Positions 46,273 through 62,644 of a stretch of DNA of 64,000 nucleotides are shown in pieces. Source of the stretch: the human T2T-CHM13v2.0 reference genome, Homo sapiens; the NCBI RefSeq assembly GCF_009914755.1, contig NC_060926.1. One strand, 5' to 3'. A program made the position numbers and the translations under genes. The first letter of the stretch is position 1, and every line of letters begins with the position of its first letter. Below the pieces are notes generated by a model. That model ran no database searches. It was not told the origin of the DNA and saw nothing but the letters and a program-made list of their open reading frames with translations.

Positions 46273-48077
46273 AGAAACCACTTCAAAATTACTTGATAGA
46301 ATAGAAAAATCCAGGCTCTGTAAACACATGAAGCTTTGTGCATCCTGTTGGCCATTCCCTTAAATAATAGATGAGAGAGTTATGAATCCGATGACAAGAA
46401 TGGTCACAGTGCCTGCCTCCACCAAAGTTGGATAAGTGATAAAGGACCAGGGGTGATGGAGGGTGATTTTAAGTGTCACTCAGGGCTTCAGTCAAAAATT
46501 TGGGGGGTTACTCTTCTAGGGATTTTCATACTGAACATCACCAGAAATTCCCTTTAAAAGATAACCAGAAATTTATCCTTCTTCCTGTTTTACAAGCGTA
46601 GAGCAAGAATTCTTTTAGGTGAGCACACACTAAGGGTGCAGAACATAACCAAAGAAAATTCTCCATAACCCATTTATCTTGCTGGACTTAGAAAGGTTGA
46701 GTGACAGTTACAAATGAAAGGCCTCCTAGGTATTTTATTTCCAGTGGTAGTTTAAGGAGGAAATGTGTTTCTGGGAATATTTGCATAACAATAATAAAGC
46801 TGTGCCCAACTTCGGATGACAAAAACTTGAGTTGATTAAAATATTTTTAAAAATGTGAATTGGATTGGAAAGTGTTATTTAAATATTTTCTGTTCTGTAC
46901 TGACATTCAAGAGGACAGAAGTTGAGGAGAGAGGACGGAATGTAGGTGCTCAGGTTAGAGCCCCAGAGGTGCATCAGTTCCACGGTTGGGTCTTTGCTTT
47001 GTGTGCCAGAAATTCAGAGACAGTCTCATAAAAACCACATTCATAGGAGACTTATGCATATGGATATTCCATACCCTGCAGGTGAGGCACCACGGAGATC
47101 ACCCCTGTGTGGGGCTGTGGGTGAGAAGAATGAGCAGCAGATGCAGTCTGTTTCCCATTGCTGTGGCCTTTGGTGCACCCCTCCTTGGACCATCTGTGGC
47201 TTCCTCTGGCCAGGGGTCTGTCACTGAGCCATCTGAAGTACCTGCCTCTCCCACTTCATCTCAAACTTCTGTAGCCAGCATTGCCTAAGTTCCCCATCAG
47301 AATCTACCCTCTGTACCCCATGCCAAAGATTGCAGATAAACATGCTGCCTAGGGGAAGATGTTTCCAGATACATGTATATGCAGAAGTGCCCCCCATTAT
47401 GTTAGGACTTTACAATTCATCTGGTACTAGGCTTGAGTTCCAGCTGAGAGGGTGCTCCCTTCTGAGCTTGAGGCCAAGACCCTTGGTAAGTCACCTACAC
47501 TTACTCCTGGCAGCTGCTAGCCAAGATATGGCAAGGTGTGGGAGCTTCCTGGTTAGTCAAAGGTATTTCAGTGATTCCCAGATGGGCTTCATGAAAATTA
47601 CTGGTGTTCGCTTCTCTTCACATTCCACCCTCTCTTCTCTTTAACCAGCATCTGTAAGAAAGAAATAGGAGGGGAGGAGGGGTGGGATTAGGGTTGGGTT
47701 TTGCAGTTGCAGAATTTTAGTGGTCAAGGCAACTAAAAGCATTGTATAGATCCTCACTAATCCTGGTGTCCCTGACTCCACTTAGGCTTACAAGGTCCAG
47801 GCCAATGCCCACCGCACAGCACTGGGAGTCATATTATAAGATGACCTCAGCTCTGGCAAATCTCTGTACTGTCTTGGGAGCCGGTTCTGGTAGAGGCCAA
47901 CCATCTAGTTTGGGAATGGGAGTTGCTCACTACCAAGCCTGCTTCCAGCTTTCAAAGAGTCTGTGTTGAGGTTACCTGAACCATGGCAACTGGGAGAGCC
48001 ATGCTGGCTCCAGAAGCTCAGGTCAGGCCAGTCATGCAGAACAAAATGTTTAGTTTCTTGAGTTCACTCTTTGTTAA

Positions 48078-48250
48078 GTGTGTGTGTTATGTGTGTGTCT
48101 ATGTGTGTGTATATATGTGTGTGTGTATAAATATGTGTATATGTGTGTATATATCTACAAATATATATTAGATTCAACATATAGCATATAGTGTATATAT
48201 CTACAAATATATATTAGATTTAACATATAGCATATATATTATATACATAT
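48078..48250. repeat. TG/TA low-complexity tract with a 46-bp tandem duplication (48145-48236)
   Basis: GTGTATATATCTACAAATATATATTAGATTYAACATATAGCATATA twice, one mismatch. Confidence 0.9.
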
Positions 48251-48725
48251 TTTGTGGATGGTGAGGTTGTATGGGAGAATGCAGTAGACACTGTTTATAT
48301 GCTATCATCTTACCTGGAAGTCAAGGATATGTAATCTGAATTTGCTTAATCAATTAGTTCATTAATTCACAGCTTACTGACTAGCCTCAGTGACCTTCAA
48401 TGGTTATCCGAAGCCTAAAAATTATATAACACTATGCCAAGAATGAAGAAAGATTAAAAAAAAAGTTGTGTGCCCTGTCTTCAAGAAGCTCAGGATCTTT
48501 GGGGGAGACAGGCGTGTAATTCATTACATTTTACATCTGACAGAAATGAAGTGTTAAAAGAGAAGTATACAACAAGTAACGTGGAAGCTCTGATGAGAAA
48601 AGAATCAATTCTGTCTGTGAGGATTATGGACCAGACCCTGAGAAGATAATCTTTGAAGTACCCTTGGGGCATAAATGGAATTTCACTTCAACGGTTATAA
48701 AATAATTAGTCTTGGCTGCAACACC

Positions 48726-49072
<347 letters not shown>

Positions 49073-49349
49073 TAGTCTCTCACGCTTTGTCTTGTTTAAT
49101 TGGAATAATAATTTTGCAAGGTTAGGTAAGAGGGTATTTTTTTTTTCAGGTAAGATTGAAATTTAGAGAGCCTTAATGACTCGCCCTAAGGTGATCCAGT
49201 TATTTGGGTGAGGGAGGGCTGTAGATGTGGAGCTAGTATTGTCTATCTGTCTCCAAGTACTGCGAGAGTCCTTTCTCAGCCCTTGCTTTTAACAGGCAAA
49301 CCAGAGGTGCATTTCAGGAGTTTGCAAATTTTGATCATTCATAGCTTAA

Positions 49350-49760
49350 TGATACAGGAATTTTTGCTCCTTAGTTCAGCTAAAATCCGGGTTCTTGTCT
49401 CACAACCAAGAAAAATTAGGCACATGGACACATTGAAAGGTGAGGAGGATGGATTCATTAGGCAAAAAGAAAGCTCTCAGCAAAGAAAGAGGAGGTCTTC
49501 TCAACAAACTCCCACTTTACAGATTGAATACCAGGCCACCGCACACGAGCTGAAGAGGACCTACTCCTCCTCCTGCGTAAGGCGTGAATTCCTGGTGGTT
49601 CCATCCCATTTCCCCAGTGCATGTGGGCCTGCTGCAGTCATGCCCAGGCAAGACCTTGTGCAGGTTCCCTCATCTGTACAAAAACATCTGGCACAAACAC
49701 TTGTGGGGCAGGTCGGAGATTTTCCAGGGACCCTGCCTTACCTGCCTCCTGCATCTATCA
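49350..49760 (-). mobile_element. MER61-family ERV1 solo LTR
   Basis: TGATA...TATCA termini; near-TSD TTAA/TTAC; GCTCCTTAGTTCAGCTAAAATCCGGGTTCTTGTC. Confidence 0.8.
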
Positions 49761-49783
49761 TTACTAACTAGCCTCAGTGACCA

Positions 49784-49973
49784 TTAGTAGTTCTCCAAGT
49801 GTGGTCCCCAGAGCAGCAGCCTCAACATCACCTGGAAACTTGTTAGAAATATAAGTGCTCAGACCCCAGTCTGCAACTGCTGAATCAGAAGTGGTGGGGT
49901 GGGGTCCCGCAGGCTGTGTTTGAACAAGCCCTTCAGGGGATTCTGATGCAGGCTTAAGTGTGCGAATCTCTGG
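49784..49973. mobile_element. MER5A MITE
   Basis: GTTCTCCAAGTGTGGTCCCC...CATCACCTGGAAACTTGTTAGAAAT...GATTCTGATGCA. Confidence 0.85.
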
Positions 49974-51045
49974 TGTAGATGATCTGAGGATTCTCTTAAA
50001 TTAAAATAGATGATATGAAAACATGAGAACTGACTCTAAAAAAGCCTCTGACAACCCAAGTAATCCTTTTAGTATCAGCACTTAGGTTAAATCATGCTTT
50101 CCTTTCCTTGTCTGAGGACACTTATCGAGCAGGATGATGTGCCATAGGGCTGGAATAAATTTGGTATTTAAACTGCATGTACTTATTTCGCTTTGAGAAA
50201 ACACAAATATATTCATAGTCACAGAAAACAGGGACCTAGAATGCAAAGTCAAGTTCTCCCATAACTAAAATGCAAGGTTATATGTTGCTTCAGAACACAA
50301 AGAGATGGATTTCTGACAAGGGTTACCCACCAAAGAGACCCCAATCCTGAAAACTTCCAGATCGCACCCAGGAACGTGCAGTTCCCAAAGAAATTCAATA
50401 GAAAGATGGGAGAGATCCTAGTGTCATGGCATTTCATTCTCTTGAATAGTTGGTGAGAAAAAAACAAGAGGGATGAGGGGATTCTGTTACCATGACAACG
50501 TGGAGAGGCCTGGCTGGTACCCTGGAGCTGACAAAGCTGGGCATCCCGATTCTACAATAGAGAAACGGGGCTGTTGAGGCCTGGGGATTGGGTAGAAATG
50601 AATATTCTTCTATTCCTGTACACTTCTGCCACACTGCCTGATTTTTAAAAAATTGATGCAATTAAACAGCATGCACAGAGACTGTGGCTGATGAACATCT
50701 TTTCATGCATTTCCCCTACCTGGAAGGCACTCCCTTCCTTTTCTGTCTACTTTCTATTCATCTCTCACTCAATAGCTCCAAACCTGCTTCCTCAGGAACG
50801 ATTCCTCATTCACTGGTACTCAGCAAACCACAGCATTCAAAGGCTCTTCCACTGAGTCCTGCTTTACAATAGTTTTTTGTTTTTTTTTTTTATACACATA
50901 AACTATGTCCTTCAGTGGGGAAAAACAATAACTTTTACTTCCTTGTGCCTTCAGGATGGAAACAACAAAGCTGTCCATAATCTTTTTTCCTCCTTTCTTT
51001 TAAAATAAAAAAAGCTAACAATGATGTGTGCTCCACCTGACCTAT

Positions 51046-51215
51046 TAGACTGGTAGAAGAGCAGTGTCACCTGAGGGCTTGTTAAAAATGCAATTTGGGG
51101 CTTTGCCCCAGATCTGCTCAATTAAAAACTTTTTAGAGGGTGGGGCCAAGGAATCTCTTTTTAATAAGCCCTTCAGATGATTCTGATACACATTGAGTTT
51201 GTGGATCACTGTGCT
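51046..51215. mobile_element. MER5-type MITE
   Basis: TCACCTGAGGGCTTGTTAAAAATGCA...GATTCTGATACACA. Confidence 0.7.
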
Positions 51216-51347
51216 AGACACATCTGAGTGTTTCATAATTTTTTCTATTTAATTTTCACAACCACTCTTAATTTAAGAACTATTATTATCCTCCAAACAG
51301 ATGGTGGAACTGAGGAGCAGAGAGTATGAGTAAATTGTTTAAGGTGC

Positions 51348-51932
51348 CTGTGGTGTATTGCTTCCAAAGATGTGGGCAGCAATCCCTCCTCCTTTTTCAA
51401 TGTGACTTTGCCAATTTTCTCCATCAAAAAGTGCAGTCTATTTCCATCCTCTTTGAACTGTACTGGTCTATGACTTTCTTTGACCAGTAGAACACAAGTA
51501 AAGTGACATGGTGCAACTTCCAATGCTAGGCCTAAGAGGCCCTGCAGATTCTGTTTTCACTCTCTTAGTCCTCTCACTCTCCACGAAAAGTCTAGGCTAT
51601 CCTGTTGGAGATGAGCCACATGGTAATAGGTATCCTGGAGAACGAGCAACTGGACCATGTGGAGAGAGGGGCAATGTGGAGAAGAATCAATGTGTGCCAG
51701 CTGACAGCCGGCACCAAGGCCTAGTCATGTGACAAGGCCATCTTGAACCTTCAGCCCAGCCTCTTCAGCAGCTGACTCCAGCCTCATGAGCCTTGCTAAA
51801 GCCACATGGAGAAGAGGGTTGCTAAGCCCTGCCTAAACTCCCAACCCACAAAATTCTGTGCGATAAAATGACATTGTTTTAAGCAACTGAGCGTTGGAAT
51901 AGTTTGTTACACAGAAGAGGAGAACTGAAACA
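51348..51932 (+). mobile_element. MLT1 (F/G/H-like) LTR, flanked by MIR sequence
   Basis: TGTGGT start; TTGTTTTAAGC...GTTTGTTACACAG...AACTGAAACA end. Confidence 0.78.
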
Positions 51933-52194
51933 GTCATATATTTGTCAAAAATAAATCAATAAAATAAAATGGGAATTGTTATTTTTTTAACATATTGGCT
52001 TTAAGCCCAAATTCCAGTGCAAGGAATTTGGTAAGTTGTGGTACCGCGTACTATATATAGTACTTATTTTTTTCCACCTAAGCTAGGTAGTAAGAATGAT
52101 AGCTAATGCTTATGTGGTACTTATAATGTACCAGGCAGTAAGTGCTTTGAATATATTTTAATTTGTTGATTTTTAAATAATTTTTGAAATATAT

Positions 52195-52600
52195 ACTAAG
52201 ATAATTTATTTTCAGCCTTTTTTCTAATGCAAGTTCTTAAAGCTCTACATTTTCCTCTAAATACTACATTAGCTGCATCCTAAACATTTTGATGTGTCAT
52301 ATTCTAATTAAGTTCAGAATAATTATGATTTCTTCTTGGACCCAAGAGTTTTTTTCCCAGAAGTATATTGCTTAATTTTAAGATTTTTCTAATTATCTTT
52401 TTATTTTTTTCTAAAATAATTCCACCGTAGTTAGAAAATAATATTCTGCATGTTTCAAACATTTGAAATTGATTGGGACTCATTTTGTGGCCTAGCATAT
52501 TTTTAATTTTGGCAAATGTTTCACATGTACTTGAAAAAAAAAGCATATACTATAGTTGATGACTGGCTTCTATAAACTTTTGATGTTGTTAATTAAGGGA
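52195..52600 (-). mobile_element. L1M fragment
   Basis: TTTCCTCTAAATACTAC...GCTGCATCC, GTTTCACATGTACTTGAAAA degenerate ORF2 antisense. Confidence 0.65.
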
Positions 52601-53404
52601 TAATTGTTCCTTTAAGGTAAAGGACCTCTCCAGACAGAAAAAGATTGTGCACCCTTAAGAGGCCTGGAGGCCCACGATTGGAATTACAGGAACTTAACCA
52701 TTTTTGAATGCTTTTTTAAATTTTAATATTAATAGTTTACATCAATTATGCTTTTGACTCAGTAATATATCTGTGTTTACTTTGAGATAAAATAATTTTT
52801 CCAACAACACACGCCAGGAAAACACCAGCTCCTAGACTGATATCTGACACATAGGAGACACACAATAAATATTTGTAGGACCAGTGAATAAATGAATTGG
52901 TTGGCTTTGCCTGCTGTCTTAGGCACAGGATCCTCTTCAAGGATGCTGTAGGCTCACTAGTCAGTTGAGGTCAGCACTTCTTCCTCAGGAGACTTCCCTG
53001 ATATCTGCTGGAAAACTTGTAACAAATATGCAAACTATGATATCTTGAATGCAAACGGGGCCCCCAGAATTGTGTAATATCCAGCATGCTCAAACATGCT
53101 TGTAGTTTCAGCTGGGGCCCACGTAGAGTAATTTCATCCTCCTGGCTCATCATTCCCCCACATAAAGCGAACTGCTAGGGAAGCTATATTCAGGCCCAAC
53201 TTGACAGTGGTCTCTCTTTACCTCAGCTGGAATCTAAGCTGAGGTCCTGGGTCCCAGTGGGTGTTGCAACTTGCATTGTGCTTCCACGGGGCAAGCCTTG
53301 GCCAACAAGTTGTATGTAATTGTGTTTCATGCAAGGAACAGTAAAGGAGGTACTGTGACATATCTTCATAGATGCAGAGATCATTTTTTCCAATGGAATA
53401 AAAT

Positions 53405-53965
53405 CACTAGCTGTGCATTTGTGAATAAATTGAATATATAATTATAAACATTCCCACAAAGAAAACTCCATGCCCACATTTTTTCGCTGATGATTTCTAG
53501 CAAACATTTAAGGAAGAAAGAATATCAATTGTATATATAAACTCTCTCAGAAATTAGATGAGAGAATATTTTCTAACTTATTTTATAAGGCCAGCATTAC
53601 TCTGATATCAAAATCAGACTGACATTACAAGAAAAAAAGATAGCTACAGATCAATATCCTTCTGAACATAGCCACAAAAATTCTTGACAATTAGCAAATC
53701 AAATCCAACAACATAAAAAAAGATATAAAACAACATGACCAAAATGGGGTTTAATTCCAGATATGTGAATTTTGTTTAACATTTAAAAAATCAATGCAAC
53801 AATCACATTAACAGATTAAGAGAGAAAAATCAAATTATCATCTCAGTAGTTGCAGAAAAAGCATTTGACAAAATTCAACACCGATATGTGATAAAAGTTC
53901 TCAGTTAACACCAAACAGAAGGGAATTTCTTTAACCCAGTAAAAGGCATCTTCAACAAACCAAAT
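53405..53965 (+). mobile_element. L1M ORF2 (RT region) fragment
   Basis: GCCAGCATTACTCTGATATCAAAATCAGAC and GCAGAAAAAGCATTTGACAAAATTCAACA (AEKAFDKIQ). Confidence 0.85.
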
Positions 53966-54039
53966 GAATACAATCTCCTCACTCTTTGCTCACAGATCTA
54001 GGGTATCAGATCTGCATCTGTTAGGTACAGACATCAGTA

Positions 54040-54270
54040 CCAAATATCTTTTGAATGCTTACTCTGTGCCAGACTATAACCCAAATTCTATACTGGTATT
54101 ATTCTTTGATTATCTTAATAACCCTATGAGATATAGACTATTATTCTCATTTTGAAGATAATAAAATGATTCACAGAGACATCAACTACCTTAAGATTAC
54201 ACACACTGCTAGTAAGGGGAGGAGCTGAAACAGTCTGATTCTAGGGCCCATGCCCTTAGCCACTGCATGA
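54040..54270 (-). mobile_element. MIR
   Basis: ACCCTATGAGATAT...ATTATTCTCATTTTGAAGAT...CTTAGCCACTG. Confidence 0.65.
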
Positions 54271-54744
54271 TAGGCCCATCTTCTTATCTGAGGTTTGACT
54301 TTGAGGCTTAAACCAAAGGGCAAGCATCCAAGGCCGAGGGTGAACCCTGGTCATGCAGTAAAAAAAACCTGTACAGTTTTCAAAAGCCACACGTGTCTGC
54401 CAGACCATGCCCTATGGTTGCATCAGTTATACACAGTGGTGGTAGACCTACATTTTAGATTCCCAACCTCTGAGATTTTGATTCTGTGTCATGAGGGTGG
54501 GCCAGGGCATCTGAATTTTTTAAAAAAGCTCCACAACTGGAAGGAGAACCACTATAGAAAGTGTTCTCTGTGCTTGACCCTGGACTGGGCACCTTGGTCC
54601 TCAGAAGCTTTACCTCTGAGTATAGCTTTTACCAAGGTGTTACTGTCTTAATCGCACCTTGTTAAGTCTCAATTTCTCATGCATGCTCCCATTTACACGT
54701 TCTGTGCTCAGTGCCTATGCAATGTTTATTATCTAATTCTTTCT

Positions 54745-55170
54745 AAGAAAATGCTGATTTTGTTCAGAATGGCAATATGCCCAGCTAGTAAACTACATTT
54801 CCCAGTTGTCCTTGCAGCTAAGGGTGGCAGTGTGACACAGTTCTGGCCAATGAGATATAAGTAGAAGTTGGCAAGGATATTTTAGAAAGTTTTGCCTTCA
54901 TGATACAGACAGAGCTCCTTTAATCCTTGCCACATTCTTCTTTTTCCTCCTTTCTGGAATGGAGAGCAGACACCAGGCAACTTGAGATGACCAAGCTCAA
55001 AGAAGAGAAGCAGAAACATAGACAGTACCTGGGGCATTGATGTCACCATAGCACTGATGCAGCAGCCTTGGACCTCCAACCTCCAGTCTTAGTATGTGAG
55101 GAAAAATAATTCCCACAAGTTTATGTTTGTGCCACTGTTACAGGCAGCCAAATACAACCTCTAATTCATA
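54745..55170 (+). mobile_element. Old MLT1 (J/K-like) LTR
   Basis: CATTTCCCAG...TGTGACACAGTTCTGGCCAATGAGATATAAGTAGAAGT. Confidence 0.7.
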
Positions 55171-55179
55171 TGCTTTCAA

Positions 55180-55850
55180 TACACATTTATTGAGTGCATG
55201 ACTTTGTTAGCTGCCAGGGATATAAGGCTGACTAAGCCAGGCTCTTTTTTTCAGGAAGCCCACCGTCTGGGTAAGAGGGCACATATATAAAAACAAGAGT
55301 AATACAGTGTGATAATAGCTACTGGAGAGATGAGCGCTGATGGCCAGTGAAGATCAACTCTGAATGGGCTGAGAAGACTACTAAGAAAGTGATGTTTGCT
55401 TTTAGTCTTAGCAAATGAGTTGAAATTTTCTAGGTGGATTTAGGATGGGGTGGGTGAACGGGCATTGCTGATGGGTAGAAGGGCATGCGTGAATATATGG
55501 AGTCCTAAAACAGCAGAGCATGCTCAGTCAGCTCAGTGTTGTTGACCTGTATGTAGGCTGAGGGTAAGAGGTAGTGTGCAGTGGGAGGTAGACCAGCTCA
55601 TACATGTATAAAAAATATACATGTGCCATGTGGAAAAAATACTTTTTCTATCAGGTGCCTGTCCTTGGGAGTCAGCAAATTATTTTTAGCAGGGAAGTGA
55701 TTTGATGAGATTCATGTTTTTAAAATCCACTCTGGCAGGAGTGTGGAGAATGGACTGGCAAGTGCTGCAGGAGAAAGACTTGTGAGAAAGCTAAAACCAG
55801 CAAGAGATGTTGAGAGCTTATGCCAAGGCAGTGGCAATGGGGCTGGGCAG
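55180..55850 (-). mobile_element. L2 fragment
   Basis: CATTTATTGAGTGC start; TAGCAGGGAAGTGA...TTTTAAAATCCACTCTGGCAG...GGAGAATGGACTGG. Confidence 0.65.
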
Positions 55851-55915
55851 GAAGGGGTGGAGAGGATTTTGATGGCCATTTCAATTTCATAAAATGACTT
55901 TTTGGCCCTTTATAG

Positions 55916-56275
<360 letters not shown>

Positions 56276-56944
56276 ATATTATCATATTTTTTATTTTCAT
56301 TGGAACATTCCCTTTGATCTTATTTTACTTTCTTTTAGGCATGTGCTATAATAATAGTTTCTCTGTCCACACGATGATGGTTGAATGCCTTTGTCTCATT
56401 AAGTTTTCTTCCTGAGTCCTACAAAAGACTTTCTCAGCACCTCTTGATCTTCATGTCTGCTCTCAAGGGAAGGCTCAAGATTGACTTGCATTAGTAGATC
56501 ACAGGTGAGATGTACAGCAGAATCCTCCTCCCGATACAGATTATTCCAGCACCAGCACCAGCTCTCAAGAATTGCTGAAAAATATTAGCTGTTTCTATGT
56601 TTCTCTGAGAGGAAGCCTACAATCTTAAGGCATGCTCTCTATTATGTACAGCAGATGATGGGCATTTGGGAAGTTCAGCTTAGAGAGAACCCCAATATAA
56701 TGAACTCAGATTATATTTTAGAGAGTACTCAGAAAACACTAAGCCTCCCAATATGTCCCTTAAGAGGGAGGAAGAGGACGGATTCATGAAAATATTGCAG
56801 CAACTCATTTTATGTCACCTACCCTTAGATTAAAGTTGTTCAAAATGATTGACGTTGCTCCTCCCCCAGGTTCCCTGTGGTTTTCATCTACAGGTATGCA
56901 TAGGTGCCTGCAGATGTTATGAGTTTGAACTTGGACTCACTGGA

Positions 56945-57416
56945 TGTAACCCTGTTTTTGGTTGCTGCTGTAACAAATTACCACAAACTTAATGGCTTGA
57001 TACCATACCAATTTATTATCTCACAGTTTTGGGGCTCAGATGTCTAAAATGTATCTTATGGGGCTAAAATTAAGGTGTCAGCAGAAATGTGTTCCTTGTG
57101 GAAGTTACAGGAGAGAATCTGTTCCTGGCCTTTTCCAGCTTCTAGATGCTGCCCACAGTCCTTGGCTTGAGGCTGCATCACTCTGACCTCTGCTTCTACC
57201 ATAACATCTCTCCCTTTGACCCTCCTGCCTCTCTCATAAGGACTCATGTGTGATTACATTGGGCCCACCCAGATAATCCAGGATCACCTCCCCATCTCAA
57301 GATCCTTAACTTCATCACATATGCAAAGTCCCTTTTGCAATGTAAGGTAATGTTTCACAGGTTCTAGGAACTAGGGAATGCACGTCTTAGGCGGGGGACA
57401 TTATTCTGCCTGCTAC
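56945..57416 (-). mobile_element. MLT1 (B/C/D-like) LTR
   Basis: GCTGCTGTAACAAATTACCACAAACTT...GATTACATTGGGCCCACCCAGATAATCCAGGAT...ATTCTGCC. Confidence 0.88.
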
Positions 57417-57589
57417 CCCAGATTCAAACTAGAGAACCTGGTCTGAAACAGGTGGCTTAGGAAACTACCCTGCGGCCACAATGAAAGATGAATGTAATGA
57501 GTGATGGAGGCTACCTTACCTTCTAATCTCAATGAGATTTTGTTTCATAAGCCCCAGCTTTTCATTCATAGTGATCAGAGCAATTTTAG

Positions 57590-58535
<946 letters not shown>

Positions 58536-58779
58536 CTGTCGCAGTTTCTGGGGTATGGCAGAGATGTCTAATGAGTAAATACTTCACTTGACAGATATGC
58601 CCTCACCACAACCTCAAAATTTCCTAAAAGAAAAGAAATCCACCTTACAAGCTAAGCTCTTGCATATGAAGAAGAAGTCCCTGAGGACTGGGAATAGCTA
58701 AGAAAATCTCTGCTCTTTTGACTTTCACCATGAGGAGGGGAATGATTGCATTATGGGTGACTTGGGTGCTTCAAAGCAA

Positions 58780-59010
58780 ATTATCCTATTTAACGCCAAC
58801 CACTTCTTCCCGGCTGATTAGCTTTCTCTGTCCAATTCCCACTCGAGTGCTCACCAGCTGGGAACTGTGCGCCATCTGCTGAGTTTCAGGCAGGCTGAAC
58901 CAATAGGCAGATGCTCCATCCTAGAAAGAGAGAGCAAGGCAACTTGTTTCTGGGAAATTCCTCACAAACCTCCTGCCTACAACTACAGAACTGGGACACG
59001 TAAGCACCCC
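58780..59010. promoter_or_regulatory. Candidate distal regulatory element (CTCF-like, CCAAT, STAT and NF-kB motifs)
   Basis: TGCGCCATCTGCTG at 58868-58881; CCAAT at 58900; TTCTGGGAA at 58948-58956; GGGAAATTCC at 58952-58961; motif evidence only. Confidence 0.45.
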
Positions 59011-60225
59011 AGAATCAATCAAGGAGGTTCCAGGCCTCCTGGGGTACCTTAGGAGATGCCTGTCTAAGGCCAGAGTGGGTGGCTCTGTGTGTTGGTGTGC
59101 AAGGCTCACACCTATATGCGTTACCTGGGTCCAACCAAAGTGTGGCCCCTCAGGTCACTGAGGGGTCCTGGCTGGGTTCAGGCTGGGGCTCCTGGTCTGA
59201 ATCCCAGTGGGACCTCAGCCCAAACCCTGCACATCTGCATTCACCTCTGATGACCTGCAGACTGAAGCCAGAGGTAGCATACTGCCTGGGCACTGGAGGG
59301 AAGCTGCTGCTGCTACAAATCCCCACTCCATCTTCACCCTGAATGTCCTTCTCACTGAACCTTCTTATCCCATCGTGTCCTTGCACCCTTAGCACAGGGT
59401 TCAATACGACCATGGCACTCTACTCCCCATTATGCAAGCTCCTCCCTTTTCCATCCACTCATGTTTCTACTCCTCAGTCTTTAGCTGCCTGGCTCTCCAT
59501 CTTACCAGGTTACCAAATCAAGAACTCCTGTTTCTCTCCATCTCTTCAGATTGATTGACTCAGTTATGAACTGTTTCCCTTGCTCAGGTTCTTTTTGGAA
59601 CACAATGTCTCAAATTTATACATTATCCCCATGCTCTAATCATTAATAAAAAAAAATCACCACTTTGCCTGGATTTGGTTTGGGCAAATCCACCTTTTTT
59701 TTTTGTGGCTTTCCTGTAGTGCTGGAGATCAGGCAAAATTGACTTTTGGGACTTGCAAGGGTAAGCGTCTGTTCCTGGATCCTGGGGATCCCACTAAGGT
59801 GTTACTGGGTGAGGAGGCCTTGTTCACCTGCTCCCTTGTTCATTTCTCTCTTCCTCTGGAATTTAGTCCAGCAAAAATAAAACTGTGTTATGAGCAGCAA
59901 GAGCATCCATGAGATTGAAATACTGTCCACAGCTGTCCTGTTTACATGATTAATGAGAGAGCCTGTGCCTGGCTGGATATGATGAGAATTCAGGATTGGC
60001 ATGGAAAAGGAAGCTGTAACAACAAAGAGAGGCAAGGGATAATCTATCTCTGGAGAGCAATTATTTTAGAAAAAATAGTACATGAAAATAAAGCTATATG
60101 CTCACTGCCTTCCCCTTCGGGTCAAGTAGCCTGAGGGAGTTGACCATTCTTGGTTTTAAATTCTTTAGATAACTAGGCACATACACCTGGAGAATAACAA
60201 ATGTCCTTTTTAAAATGCCACTGCT

Positions 60226-60600
<375 letters not shown>

Positions 60601-61862
60601 CTAGGCCAAATGCACCAGCAGCTCAAAAAATATTTACAGTTTGTGACACAGAGATTTCACTTCCAGGAGTAAGTCAGAAGGAAAAATCCCAAATAAGGGG
60701 AAAAAAGTAATAAACACAAAATTGTTTACTGCAAGCCCATTCTATCATAGGAAAACATTGGAACCAACTTAACTACTCAATGATAGAAGGATGATTAACT
60801 CATATTGCATTCCCCTGATCAAATATTATGAAGTCAGGAAAATTTTAATTACAGAGATGACAGCAACATAGGAAAGTAATGATATAAAATTTTATGCACA
60901 CTTAACTGTAGTGCCCTAAAAATATATGCTCATATAATCAAAGATACATAAAATGGGAAATAGCTGTGTTAAGGTGGTAGAATTATTGTTAGTTTTTTCT
61001 TTTTATATCCACCCAATGTAAAGTTATTATATGTCCCTTATAATACATAATAAATACATAAAATGCAAATGGTTAACAAATGGGGCAAGAACTAGCATTA
61101 AGGGGCTATTAAGTTTCAGGTATTATTTATATATGTGTTATCTAATATAATTTTTATTTCTGTCCTAAGCGATGTCTCTTTTTGAATTTTTACATATGGG
61201 GAAACTGAGGTTGAGAGAAGCTGATTGAGGGTGAATAGGAGGTGGAAAGAAAACAGATAAACATTTAGCATGATTTGGAACTTGTCCAGCAGCAGGACAA
61301 TTAAGAAGTAGCAGGGATTAGAGAGCCCATTCTACTCACTGGCAACATGGGATGGTGAGGGCAAGTTCTCTCCTCAGCTGTTTTTCTCGTGCTGCTGTCC
61401 CGGCAGGGAATTGAGGGATGAACTATTGCAGTATCCAATGGATCCAGGATTGCTGCCCATCTCTGCATATTCTAGAGGTCCTCCTTCCCAAATGGGTGAC
61501 ATCCTGTTGGGCATCATTTCAACACTCGGGGAATAGGATGTGGTTGTGAAGCCCACCTGAAGATTCTCAAACACACATTTCTTGGGGATGCCCAGAAGAG
61601 GTGATGCAATAGGTATCCTAAAATGTCTAACCAGGGGTTCATGGAGTGTCAATTATGGGTCCAGTGTAAGAGGGGAAAAGAGTGAGCAGAGGAGGGAACT
61701 GGGGAGGTGATGACAGAGAGAAATGGAAGGACCCAGGGAAGTCAGAGAGCAGATGCAGTGAGAATAAGGGCACTGGAGAGCTTGAAGGACAGGAAATCAT
61801 GGCTGGTGTTAACGTTTCCAGAAAAATGACATGTTCCAGGGTACAATTTGGAAGTGTGTGCC

Positions 61863-62644
<782 letters not shown>

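Noticed and set aside
49208-49771. 187-aa ORF
   Set aside because: Mostly antisense MER61 LTR sequence, non-ATG start, no recognisable domain
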